NCBI GenBank assembly: GCA_965248755.1
Contig: OZ252149.1
Location: 2,560,001 to 2,624,000 of the forward strand
Direction: 5' to 3'
Length of the DNA: 64,000 nt
DNA from: Candidatus Latescibacterota bacterium
Lineage (GTDB): Bacteria > Latescibacterota > CBDEFO01
The stretch's first letter is position 1. Each line of letters opens with the position of its first letter. The notes under the pieces are model-generated. The model was not told the DNA's origin and searched no databases. It saw only the letters and a list, made by a program, of their open reading frames with translations. Position numbers and translations under genes: made by a program. Below are positions 19,974-29,751 of the stretch, in pieces.

Positions 19974-20966
19974 TTATCCTCTCGGATGATAAGTTCTGTG
20001 GACTTCCCTCAGATATTCTATATCGATGTGCGTGTATATCTGTGTGTTGGATATGTTGACGTGGCCGAGCATCTCCTGGATAACGCGCAGATCTGCTCCT
20101 CCTTCTAAAAGGTGCGTCGCAAAAGAGTGCCTTAAAGTATGAGGGCTGACTCTCTTGGCGATGTTGGTCATATTCACGTATTTTCGAAGTATCTTCCACA
20201 TGCCCATCCTGGAAAGCGGTTTCCCCCTCCAATTGAGGAATAGAACGTCTCCGGACGCATCGGAGGCGATCTTTGATCTGGCACTATTCAAATAGATGTC
20301 AATCCAGGCAATTGCTGCGCTTCCTATGGGGACTAAGCGCTCTTTGGATCTCTTCCCGAAAATTCTCACCATTCCGATACGATGTTCGCCTTCTCCTTCA
20401 AGCGGATGTTCCGCATCCTCCAGAAGCAGGTCTCCCGTGTGGACGGATATGAGCTCCGAGACCCTGACACCTGTGGCGTAGAGGAACTCAAGCCAGGCCC
20501 TGTCCCTTGTGCCCATAGGGGTACTGGTATCGGGCTGATTTAAGAGGATGTCTACTTCGATGGGGTTTAAGACGTCGGGAAGATGCCTTCCCAGTTTCGG
20601 GCTTTCCACATGTTCTGTGGGATCATCCGTGGATTTTCCTTCATTGAGGAGAAAGCGGTGGAACATCCTTATTGAGGAGAGGTTCCTTGAGATACTTGAT
20701 GACTCCATTCCCCAATCGCTCAAAAGGCGCAAGAGAGACGATATGTCCTCGCGACGCGCGTATTCAGGCGAACGGGCACCCCTGAAGGATAGGAATTCCA
20801 AATACCTTTCGATATCCTTCTTGTAGGCATAGACGGTGTTGCCTGACAGACCCTTTTCGACGGTTATGTAGTCGAGAAATTGATCTAAAAGCTCCTTCGC
20901 CTCGGCGGAATACCTGCTGTGATCATCAGGACGTTCGCTTCGACTGTATGTCTCTAAAGTTTGCAT
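19974..20966 (-). CDS. xerD: Tyrosine recombinase XerD
   Basis: EKGLSGNT..Y..D, YATGVRVSEL, SPHTLRHSFATHLLEGGADLR, TQIYTH, YHPRG. Confidence 0.92.
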   Translation of the reverse strand: MQTLETYSRSERPDDHSRYSAEAKELLDQFLDYITVEKGLSGNTVYAYKKDIERYLEFLSFRGARSPEYARREDISSLLRLLSDWGMESSSISRNLSSIRMFHRFLLNEGKSTDDPTEHVESPKLGRHLPDVLNPIEVDILLNQPDTSTPMGTRDRAWLEFLYATGVRVSELISVHTGDLLLEDAEHPLEGEGEHRIGMVRIFGKRSKERLVPIGSAAIAWIDIYLNSARSKIASDASGDVLFLNWRGKPLSRMGMWKILRKYVNMTNIAKRVSPHTLRHSFATHLLEGGADLRVIQEMLGHVNISNTQIYTHIDIEYLREVHRTYHPRG

Positions 20967-21158
20967 TAAGTATCGGCTCAAAAATAGTAACCAGCATACA
21001 GAGGGATCACTTCGTGACTTTTCCCCTTTGCAACGCCTAGGGGCCAAAGCAAACAATGCCATTTCGAGCGCCCCCGACTAAGGCGATCGGGGGGAAGCAA
21101 TCTCTAGGAATGGGAGGCGGTGCCCTACCTGCTGTCTACTGAACTATTGTCGACTAAT

Positions 21159-21659
21159 TTAGGATATATCCAGTTGGGTAATTTCGAGCTTCAAAAGGGC
21201 GATTTTCCAGTCTGTTCCTGCCGAAAATCCACCCAAAGCAGCGTTCGCGGCTATAACCCTGTGGCAGGGAATTACTATGGGAATGGGATTTCTCCCAAGT
21301 GCCGCTCCCACTGCCCTGGAGGCTGCAGGTCTCTTTATTGCCTCTGCTATTTCACCGTAGGTTGCCACCTTGCCGTAGGATATTGATGACGTTTCCATCC
21401 AGACTGCTTTTTGGAAATCAGTAAAGCCTGAGACATCCAGGGGAATTGAGAAATCCACCGGCTCTCCCCTGAAGTACTTTACCATCTGATCCTCGAATTC
21501 AATCAAATCGGGGTAGAAGTCGGAGGCTCGACCTCCCTTTCCAAGTATCCCTATTTCGCCGCTGGTTCTGCGGAATTCTCCTAACTTGACCCTCTTTAGC
21601 TTGCGGTCAGAAAATGCTATTCTCACGCTGCCGAACTGAGTCCTTAAAATTGCGGACAT
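21159..21659 (-). CDS. ogt: Methylated-DNA--protein-cysteine methyltransferase
   Basis: FQKAVW, ASRAVG, NPIPIVIPCHRV. Confidence 0.92.
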   Translation of the reverse strand: MSAILRTQFGSVRIAFSDRKLKRVKLGEFRRTSGEIGILGKGGRASDFYPDLIEFEDQMVKYFRGEPVDFSIPLDVSGFTDFQKAVWMETSSISYGKVATYGEIAEAIKRPAASRAVGAALGRNPIPIVIPCHRVIAANAALGGFSAGTDWKIALLKLEITQLDIS

Positions 21660-21679
21660 TTTTTTGAGCCCTGTGGATA

Positions 21680-22699
21680 CTACTTGATTCCAACGACCAT
21701 CGAGTCCGGTCCGACAAGATGCTCGACGCGTGTTTGACGAAATCCAGCCTCGCGCATCCAGGAGGTGCAATCGGCTCCAGTGTAGTCGAATCCACCTGGT
21801 GTCTCAATGAGCATGTTCAGGCTCATAAGTAATCCGAACGCGTTCTGGCTACGGTCGTCATCAATTATAGCCTCGTGGATGATTAGCACGCCGCCTTTGG
21901 CCAGTGCATCGTACGCCTTGGCGATCAGCATGTGCTTCTCCTCCAGATTCCAGTCGTGCAAAATGTGTCCCATCACCAAAACGTCTGCTTCCGGCAGTGA
22001 GTCCTCGAAGAAGTTGCCCGGATAGAAGCGCAAGCGCCGGCTTAGCCCAAACGAATTCACGTAGTCCTCAAAGATGGGGCCCACGGACGGCAAGTCGAAC
22101 CCACCTCCTGTGAGGTGACTGTGGCCAAGAGCGACTTGCACCGGCAAGACACCTTGAGCCGTTCCGATGTCAATGAACGTCTGATAATCGGCCCACGGGA
22201 ATTTATTCGCGATCGCCTTTGCCGCACCCATGCTGATACCTGTCATGGCTTCAAGAAATCCCCGCAGCCCAGCAGGGTCGCTATAAAGTGCAGCAAATAC
22301 GTCCTCCCCGTCTTTTGCCTCGTTCTGCGGTCGGCCGCTGCGCAGCGCTTCGGTCAGCGAGCCCCAGAAGGGATAGAGACGCGCGTTGGCCATCTCAAGT
22401 ATGCCTCCAATATAGCCAGGTTTCTCCCGGTCCAGGAAAAGATCTGTCTGGGACGTATTGGCATACCGCCCGTCGCTTCGCTCCAGCATTCCCAGGGCGA
22501 CGAGTGCATCGAAGAAATCCCGTGCGCCGCGCGGGTGGAGTCCAAGTTTCTCGGCAAGTTCATCAATATCTGAGGGACCCTTGGCAAGCTCAGTGAACAA
22601 ACCGATCTCAATCGCACTCAGCAGGGTCTTCGAGCCCCAAAAGCCGAGGCCAAGTTGCATGATTCTATTAGGAGTAGGATCTTCATCATCTTTATCCAT
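21680..22699 (-). CDS. O-methyltransferase family 2 with dimerisation domain
   Basis: [27 protein letters not shown]. Confidence 0.9.
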   Translation of the reverse strand: MDKDDEDPTPNRIMQLGLGFWGSKTLLSAIEIGLFTELAKGPSDIDELAEKLGLHPRGARDFFDALVALGMLERSDGRYANTSQTDLFLDREKPGYIGGILEMANARLYPFWGSLTEALRSGRPQNEAKDGEDVFAALYSDPAGLRGFLEAMTGISMGAAKAIANKFPWADYQTFIDIGTAQGVLPVQVALGHSHLTGGGFDLPSVGPIFEDYVNSFGLSRRLRFYPGNFFEDSLPEADVLVMGHILHDWNLEEKHMLIAKAYDALAKGGVLIIHEAIIDDDRSQNAFGLLMSLNMLIETPGGFDYTGADCTSWMREAGFRQTRVEHLVGPDSMVVGIK

Positions 22700-22770
22700 A
22701 ATCTTCCACCTATCTATTTAATTTTTGTATCTCTGTTGTCTTGAATCTCTGTAAACCTTAGTGTAGAAGT

Positions 22771-24597
22771 TCACACTCTCTTCTGCAAATGATCTTTAAT
22801 CGTCGAAGCAAGCTTTCTTCCTATACCTTGGATAGAGGCTATATCCTCCACATCGGCCTGGGCGATTCTGTTTACTGATCCGAATCTGTTGAGGAGCATC
22901 CGCTTTCTGGATTCGCCAATGCTCTCTATGTTATCCAGTTCGGAGGAGATCGTACGCTTTTGCCTCCTTTTGCGGTGGTATTCGAGCGCGAAGCGGTGCG
23001 CTTCATCCCTTATCGCTTGAAGGAGTCTAAGAGACGAAGAGGTCTTGGGCAGAGTCTGAGCTTCTGATACTCCCGGGACGAATACCTCTTCGAGCCTCTT
23101 GGCAAGACCAATTACGGGCTGTTCGGGCATGCCCACGTCCATCAAAGTGGCGGCAGCACTTGAAAGCTGGCCCTTCCCTCCATCTATCAAGAGGAGATCC
23201 GGCAGTTCCGATCCCTCCTCCAAGAGACGTTTGAACCTCCTTTGTACGACCTCTCTTATCATTGCAAAGTCGTCGGGGCCTTCTACCCTGGAAATCTTAA
23301 ACCGTCTGTATTGTCCCTTTTGGGGTCTGCCGTCCCAGAAACTGACCAATGAGCCGACAGGGTCACTCCCCTGCACGTTGGATATGTCTATAGCCTCTAT
23401 TCTCCTTGGCAGGACTTCGAGCCTTAGATCTCGCTTTAAGGCTTCGACCGAATTAGGAACTCTGTCTTTGAGCTTTTCCCTCTTCAGCCTTCGCTCGGTC
23501 AGGAGGAGCCCGGCGTCCCTCTCTGCCATCTTTATGAGTTTGGCTTTGTCGCCTCGTTCGGGCACTTTGACAGTTACTTTGAACCCGGCAATGTTAGAGA
23601 GCCATAGAGAGATAGAATCCTGTTCTTCTATCTCCAGAGGAAGATGGATCTCTCTGGGCACGCTCGTTGAGGTGAGGTAGAACTGTCTGACGAATCCTGA
23701 TACTATATCAGAGTGGGAGGAATCCAAAACTTTGTCCATAAAGTAGTGCTTTCTGCCGAGCATTTTTCCTGCTCTCACCTCCATAACAACCCCGCAGGCT
23801 TCGTCATCGTCCACACAGACCGCTATTATGTCCCAGTCATCTAAAGTAGCGGTCGCTACCTTCTGCCTATCAGCAAGGCTCTGGATATCGGAAAGACGGT
23901 CCCGGTAGGAGGCAGCTTCCTCAAACCTCAAATTCTCAGAGGCTTCCTTCATCTTCTCTCTGAGATTCTCTATGATGCGGTCATTTCGGCCCTTCAGGAA
24001 GAGCACCACCTCCTCCATCATGCCCTGGTATTCTTCCCTGCTCACAAAGCCCTCGCAGGGTCCCCCACAGCGTTTTATCTCGTACTCAAGACATACTCTG
24101 GTAATACGAGGAGAAGGAAGCGAATCCTGGCAGGTCCTTACAGGAAAGACGCGCCTTATTATCTCCAACGTCCTGCGCATGGCGCTCACGTCGGTGTAGG
24201 GACCGAAATATTCGGCCTTGTCCTTTTTCATCTCTCTCACGACCAGAATGCGAGGATAGTCCTCGTTTGTGATTTTGATGAAGGGGTATTTTTTATCGTC
24301 TTTCAAGGTGATGTTATAGCGGGGCTTGTGTTCCTTGATAAGATTTGCCTCTAAGATCAGGGCCTCTAACTCGTTGTCCGTGATAATGTATTCGAAGTCA
24401 GTTATATTGGAGACAAGGGCCTTAAACTGTATCCTCCCGTCGTCTGCCGATTTCCCAAAATAGGACCTTACCCTGTTTCTTAAAGACTTGGCCTTGCCGA
24501 CGTATATGAGCTGATCACCTCTGTCCTTCATCAAATAGACTCCGGGCTTTTGAGGCAGGCTTTCAAGTTTAAGGGCTATGTTTTCTCTATTATTCAT
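22771..24597 (-). CDS. uvrC: Excinuclease ABC subunit C
   Basis: PGVY..YVGKAKSLRNRV, DISN, DGGKGQ, RDEAHRFA, HhH. Confidence 0.98.
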   Translation of the reverse strand: MNNRENIALKLESLPQKPGVYLMKDRGDQLIYVGKAKSLRNRVRSYFGKSADDGRIQFKALVSNITDFEYIITDNELEALILEANLIKEHKPRYNITLKDDKKYPFIKITNEDYPRILVVREMKKDKAEYFGPYTDVSAMRRTLEIIRRVFPVRTCQDSLPSPRITRVCLEYEIKRCGGPCEGFVSREEYQGMMEEVVLFLKGRNDRIIENLREKMKEASENLRFEEAASYRDRLSDIQSLADRQKVATATLDDWDIIAVCVDDDEACGVVMEVRAGKMLGRKHYFMDKVLDSSHSDIVSGFVRQFYLTSTSVPREIHLPLEIEEQDSISLWLSNIAGFKVTVKVPERGDKAKLIKMAERDAGLLLTERRLKREKLKDRVPNSVEALKRDLRLEVLPRRIEAIDISNVQGSDPVGSLVSFWDGRPQKGQYRRFKISRVEGPDDFAMIREVVQRRFKRLLEEGSELPDLLLIDGGKGQLSSAAATLMDVGMPEQPVIGLAKRLEEVFVPGVSEAQTLPKTSSSLRLLQAIRDEAHRFALEYHRKRRQKRTISSELDNIESIGESRKRMLLNRFGSVNRIAQADVEDIASIQGIGRKLASTIKDHLQKRV

Positions 24598-24798
24598 TTA
24601 TAAAAGTTTCACGGTCTCAATATAAAGCTCAATCGCATCGGTGATATTCTCCAGAGCCTCTTCGATTGTTTCACCCTGGGAGATGCACCCTTTCAAAGCG
24701 GGGCAAACTGCACTGTAGCCTCCGACTTCCTCTGGGGTTAAGACTATCGTAAAGGTGTTTTTGTCAGTAGTAACAGTTTTAACTATCTTATCAGTCAT
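24598..24798 (-). CDS. HicB-family antitoxin-like protein
   Basis: GGYSAVCPALKGCISQGETIEEALENITDAIELY. Confidence 0.88.
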   Translation of the reverse strand: MTDKIVKTVTTDKNTFTIVLTPEEVGGYSAVCPALKGCISQGETIEEALENITDAIELYIETVKLL

Positions 24799-24832
24799 CG
24801 ATAAAGAACCTCTTCCATCGAACACTGTTAGA

Positions 24833-27490
24833 TCACTTCCCTTCGATCTTTTTCTTCCATTCCTCTATTTTTATCAACGCTTGAAGGGGCGTTGTAGAGC
24901 TGATGTCTGTGTTCCTTATCTCGTCTATTACGGGATTTTCAGAAGAGCCGAAGAGGGTCATCTGAAGGTTGTCGGAGGGATGCGCCCTCCGTTTAGGCCC
25001 GGGTGTGTCTGAAATCTCGTGCGATGTTGAACCGTTCCCTTCCAGGTCGCTGAGGACCTCCCTTGCCCTATCCACTACTTCTTGAGGCATTCCGGCCAGG
25101 CGAGCGACATGGATGCCGTAGCTGTGGTCACAGCCTCCAGGGACCATCTGGTACAGGAATACGACATGATCTCCACTTTCGCTTACCGCTACGTTGTAAT
25201 TTTTGACCCTTTTAAGACGTTCTTCAAGTTCTACGAGTTCGTGGTAGTGCGTCGCAAATAGCGTTCTGGGATTGGCTTTAGGGGAGTTATGGAGGTGTTC
25301 CACCGTAGCCCAGGCTATACTCAGGCCGTCGAAGGTGCTGGTTCCTCTGCCGACCTCGTCCAGGAGAACGAGACTTTTAGACGTGGAGTTATTGAGGATA
25401 TTGGCGGCTTCGTTCATCTCCACTAAAAAGGTGCTTTCCCCCCTTGCAAGATTGTCAGACGCTCCGACCCTGGTGAATATCCTATCTACAACGCCGATCT
25501 TCGCCGATTTTGCAGGGACGAAGCTGCCCATCTGAGCCATCAAGACTATCAGGGCGACCTGACGCAGGACGGTGCTTTTCCCTGCCATATTTGGTCCCGT
25601 GATTATGAGTACCTGATCGCTGGAACCGCTTAAGTAGACATCGTTCGGGACAAACTCGCCCTCCTTGATGAGCCGTTCGACCACAGGATGCCTGCCGCCG
25701 GATATTTCTATTGTGTCTTTGTCGTCCACCTGGGGGCGGACGTAGTCATAAGCCGAGGCTACTTCAGCAAGCGATGCAAGGACATCTATGTAGGCTACGG
25801 CTTTGGCGGCTGTCTGAATCTCCCGGACCCTTTCGGCCACCTGGCAGCGTATATCCACAAAGAGGTTAAGTTCGAGCTCCTTTATCCGATCTTCGGCACC
25901 GAGTATCTTGGCCTCCCATTCCTTCAGTTCCGGCGTTATGAACCTGCTGGCATTTACTAACGTCTGTTTGAGGATGTAGTCGTCGGGGACTCTATTCAGA
26001 TTGGACTTGGTCACCTCTATGTAGTAGCCGAATACCTTGTTATATCCCACCTTGAGCGAGGTAATGGCCGTTCTGCTCTTCTCTTTGGACTGGAGGACTG
26101 CTACCCAATCTCTGCCCTCAGAAGTTACGCCTCTCAGACCGTCGAGTTCCTCGTTGTAGCCGTCCTTTATTATATCACCCTCTGCGATAGAAAGGGGAGG
26201 TTCTTCCTCTATCGCGCGGTCGATGAGGTCTGCTACATCGCTTAAGTCCGGGAGACCCGACTCCCTTGTGCGGCAGAGCATCTCCGATGTCTTGCCCTCA
26301 AGGACATCTTTGAGTTGGGGGAGTTTCTTGAGGGAATTTTTCAGCCCGATCAGGTCTCTGCCATTGGCTCTGGCGCAGCACACCTTAGCTATAATCCTCT
26401 CTAAATCGCTGATCTCTTTCAGAACATCCGCTATCTCCATCCTGCACTCAGAATCGTAAAATAGTTCCTCGACAGCGTCAAGTCTCTGCTCGATAGATTT
26501 AACAGAAGTAAGGGGGAGCAGGATCCAGTTCGTTAAGGTCCTTGCGCCCATGGGGGTTTTAGTGCTATCCAAGACGTAAAGGAGCGACGCTTCGCGAGCA
26601 CCTTCTCTCAGGGAGGATAAGAGTTCCAGGTTGCTCTGCGTGGACGGATCCAATATCATATAATCGGCTGAGCGGTATCTGGATATGCGGTTGACGTGGG
26701 AAACATCGCTTTTCTGATTCTCCTTGAGATAGCCCAGAACTGCTCCAGCGGAGCAGATACCGATCTTTAGATCTTCGCAATCGAAGCCCTTTAGAGACGC
26801 TACTTTGAAGTGGTCCAAAAGGGCCTCGTAGGCGGAGTCGTAGAGGAAAGCCCAGTCATCAATCTTTGTCAGTAGAATCTTAGGAAAGAGATCTTCAAAT
26901 TCGTCTTTGAAGCGATCCACCCAGCTTTCCGATGCGACGACTTCTGCGGGGCTTCTCCTCTCTACCTCCTCCCAGAGCACCTCGTTGGGTACCTCCGCAA
27001 CTCCAAAATCACCTGTGGAGAGATCTACTGTGGAGATTCCCGATCTTTGGGAGTCTGAGCACAAGGATAGGAGGAAATTGTTCTTGCTGCCATCCAGGAG
27101 GTTCTCCGATAGGGCTGTGCCAGGAGAGACGATCTGGACGACCTCTCTTTTTACTATGCCTCCACCAGGTTTAGGGGGTTCCATCTGCTCGCATATAGCG
27201 ACCTTCACACCCGCTTTGACCAGTTTGGCAAGGTATCCGTCTAAGGCATGATGAGGCACACCTGCCAAGGGCACATTATCGGACTTTCCGTGATTTCTGG
27301 AGGTTAAAGTCAGTCCCAGAAGATTTGCCCCTATCTTGGCGTCCTCAAAGAACATCTCATAAAAATCGCCCATCCTAAAGAGCAGTATGGCGTCTTGGTG
27401 CTCCTTCTTCAGCTTGAGGTACTGCTCTATCATCGGGGTGGTGCGACCACTCCGTGTTGTCTCATATGACCTTGCCAACGACTTTTTCAC
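24833..27490 (-). CDS. mutS: DNA mismatch repair protein MutS
   Basis: FRMGDFYEMF, TGPNMAGKST, DEVGRGTST, ATHYHEL. Confidence 0.98.
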   Translation of the reverse strand: MKKSLARSYETTRSGRTTPMIEQYLKLKKEHQDAILLFRMGDFYEMFFEDAKIGANLLGLTLTSRNHGKSDNVPLAGVPHHALDGYLAKLVKAGVKVAICEQMEPPKPGGGIVKREVVQIVSPGTALSENLLDGSKNNFLLSLCSDSQRSGISTVDLSTGDFGVAEVPNEVLWEEVERRSPAEVVASESWVDRFKDEFEDLFPKILLTKIDDWAFLYDSAYEALLDHFKVASLKGFDCEDLKIGICSAGAVLGYLKENQKSDVSHVNRISRYRSADYMILDPSTQSNLELLSSLREGAREASLLYVLDSTKTPMGARTLTNWILLPLTSVKSIEQRLDAVEELFYDSECRMEIADVLKEISDLERIIAKVCCARANGRDLIGLKNSLKKLPQLKDVLEGKTSEMLCRTRESGLPDLSDVADLIDRAIEEEPPLSIAEGDIIKDGYNEELDGLRGVTSEGRDWVAVLQSKEKSRTAITSLKVGYNKVFGYYIEVTKSNLNRVPDDYILKQTLVNASRFITPELKEWEAKILGAEDRIKELELNLFVDIRCQVAERVREIQTAAKAVAYIDVLASLAEVASAYDYVRPQVDDKDTIEISGGRHPVVERLIKEGEFVPNDVYLSGSSDQVLIITGPNMAGKSTVLRQVALIVLMAQMGSFVPAKSAKIGVVDRIFTRVGASDNLARGESTFLVEMNEAANILNNSTSKSLVLLDEVGRGTSTFDGLSIAWATVEHLHNSPKANPRTLFATHYHELVELEERLKRVKNYNVAVSESGDHVVFLYQMVPGGCDHSYGIHVARLAGMPQEVVDRAREVLSDLEGNGSTSHEISDTPGPKRRAHPSDNLQMTLFGSSENPVIDEIRNTDISSTTPLQALIKIEEWKKKIEGK

Positions 27491-27577
27491 TTGAGAAAAG
27501 CTTTCTAGTAAGGACCAATCTAAGTAAGATCGCTCCCCCCGATAGATTCAATCGGGGGCGCTCCCGATGACACATGG

Positions 27578-27627
27578 AGGCTCGCAATGACAGTTCATCT
27601 GGTACAGAGACCTTTTGTCATTGCGAG
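27578..27627. repeat. REP-like dispersed repeat family (GTCATTGCGAG / CTCGCAATGAC, GAAGCAATCT); representative copy
   Basis: Related copies near 3485-3607, 21060-21105, 42890-43040, 49725-49765, 50870-50898, 55460-55577. Confidence 0.8.
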
Positions 27628-27694
27628 GGGCTTTTGCCTTGAGTCCCCGATGATTCAATCGGGGACTCAAGGGATGGGAGGCGGTGGCCCCTGT

Positions 27695-28711
27695 CTACTG
27701 TCTACTGGTATTCACCACTATCGGTCGTTCGTGAACCCACTTTATGGACAATAAGCTTTCGACCCACTTTTGGGCTTCCTCTTTCGTCTTGTAGGGACCC
27801 ATCCTGACTAAATATGCCGATTCATCGTCTATGGTCTTCATCTCCACGTAGACAGATAGGCCCTTCTCCGAGAGTCTGTTGTAAAGGCTCGTGGCGTTGG
27901 ATGCGTTTTTGAACGCTCCTATCTGGACGGCAAAGTCTCCATCAGAGCCTGAAGGCACGCCTCCTTTTGCTGTAGCGATACCAGGGATGGAGGCAGCTTC
28001 ATAGCTGTTGGGACACTCATGGGCTATTCTTTCCAGAGCCTTTGAGGCGTCTTCCTCTCTCCCGATCTTTCTGTAGGATCGGACGAGGGTCCAGAGGATA
28101 TGGCTCTTGAGGGTCTCTACGTCTTCTCTTTGGAGAAGGCTTTCGCCAAGCTCTACGACTCTTTCGAGGTCTTCCTGCACAAAGTAAGAGTCCATAATTC
28201 CGGACCCGGCGAATATCCTCATTTTTGAATCAGGATAAAGAGTTAACAGCCTTCCGAACTCGGCTCTGGCTAATGCCCAGTCTTTGGTGGCCAGAAAGGT
28301 CATCCCGATTCGATACTGCGCCCTGTCGGCAAGCTCGCTTTTGGGGTACTCTTCGAGCAATCTTCTAAAGTGGCTGCGCGCTGTTATGTAGTATGGTCCA
28401 GAATAGTAGGACTCGGCTATCTGAAAGAGGGCATTGTCCGCTAACTCGTGCCCGGCAGCGACTTCCAACAAGCGCCTGAAGTGATCGTACGATAAGAGAC
28501 CGTCGGTCTCTGTTCTGCCCAGATAGTATAGGGATTCGGGATCGTCGGGATGGCGGATTAAATATTTTTCGAAAATATCCCTGGACTTTTCATATTCCCC
28601 CGACTTGAAAAGGGACTTTGCCTCGTCTAAAGACACTTGACAAAAGGCAAGGTTATATGTAAAAAGGCAGGAGCAGAGCGTTAAAATAGCGGTAATAATG
28701 CGCGGTATCAT
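27695..28711 (-). CDS. Exported TPR protein with C-terminal SPOR domain
   Basis: Signal peptide, TPR repeats (YPKSELADRAQY), VQIGAF..NA..L, VRMGPY. Confidence 0.85.
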   Translation of the reverse strand: MIPRIITAILTLCSCLFTYNLAFCQVSLDEAKSLFKSGEYEKSRDIFEKYLIRHPDDPESLYYLGRTETDGLLSYDHFRRLLEVAAGHELADNALFQIAESYYSGPYYITARSHFRRLLEEYPKSELADRAQYRIGMTFLATKDWALARAEFGRLLTLYPDSKMRIFAGSGIMDSYFVQEDLERVVELGESLLQREDVETLKSHILWTLVRSYRKIGREEDASKALERIAHECPNSYEAASIPGIATAKGGVPSGSDGDFAVQIGAFKNASNATSLYNRLSEKGLSVYVEMKTIDDESAYLVRMGPYKTKEEAQKWVESLLSIKWVHERPIVVNTSRQ

Positions 28712-28908
28712 AAGTCCTTTATCCTTCTGCCAAACGTCTGTATGCACCTTTGTCACAATAAAGATACGTTACTCTCATCCATTTGTCAACAGTGACATTG
28801 TCATGGGATCTACAACCGTACGAAACAAGTGTAAAGTAAGTATATTGACAATTCCTTTAACCAATACAAAGACCGATAAATAGATGTCGGCAAGAAGATC
28901 TTCTGAGC

Positions 28909-29649
28909 TTAGTCTGGTACAGAACTCATGGCCTCGTACATCTCTTCTACAGTGACAAACTCCAAGCCCTTGTCCTGTGCAGATTCAATAATTTTCGGTA
29001 GAGCCGCAATAGTATTAGAACAATCTCTGCCACCATCATGTAACACAATGATAGAACCACTCCTCATCAACCTACGGACAGCCCACTCAATATACAAGGA
29101 TGGAACACCAGAGGCGTCTTGGGGATAGATAGATCCCAAAACGAGTATATACCCTTTGTTGCTAGCAATTTCTAATAACATCGGCCCGAACCAGCCCTTG
29201 GCCGGACGCAGATAGAGAGGTTGGCTTCTTTGTTGAATCAACCCTTCTGTTTTATCCAGAGAATCTTCTACTTCAGTACGGTCTCGTAAGACAACTCGTT
29301 TATCCTCATAGAAGTGATTAGCTATCTGATGACCCCTATCTCGAATCTCTTTTAAAAGTGCAGGATATTTCTTAGCCCCTCTACCAATAATGAAAAACGT
29401 AGCTCGAATATCATATTGATCCAATATCTTCAGCACTTTTGGAGTATTTATAGGATGTGGACCATCGTCGAATGTTAAAGCTGTGTAGGGCTTATCTGCA
29501 GTACCAAACCACATTACATCGGGTACTATTTTACTAACTATCTTAACCACAGGAAAGGGTTGATAGAAAGTCAGGAAAATGCAAAAAGGGAAAAGAACCG
29601 CAAGACAAGTCACCGTAAGACGGATTATGATCCTCCTCAGCAAGGACAC
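28909..29649 (-). CDS. Polysaccharide deacetylase (CE4/NodB)
   Basis: ALTFDDGP, ATFF, IANH, LRP, IIVLHDG. Confidence 0.92.
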   Translation of the reverse strand: MSLLRRIIIRLTVTCLAVLFPFCIFLTFYQPFPVVKIVSKIVPDVMWFGTADKPYTALTFDDGPHPINTPKVLKILDQYDIRATFFIIGRGAKKYPALLKEIRDRGHQIANHFYEDKRVVLRDRTEVEDSLDKTEGLIQQRSQPLYLRPAKGWFGPMLLEIASNKGYILVLGSIYPQDASGVPSLYIEWAVRRLMRSGSIIVLHDGGRDCSNTIAALPKIIESAQDKGLEFVTVEEMYEAMSSVPD

Positions 29650-29751
29650 GTTCAGAGAAAGGAAACTACGGACATTCCAGCTACTTCTCTTCGAATCTGT
29701 GCAAACTATGATATGCCTGAAGGCTATGTTATACCATTGAAATTATTTCAA

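Noticed and set aside
19974..20966. Prophage or island integrase
   Set aside because: The sequence has housekeeping XerD features and there are no phage or att-linked genes nearby
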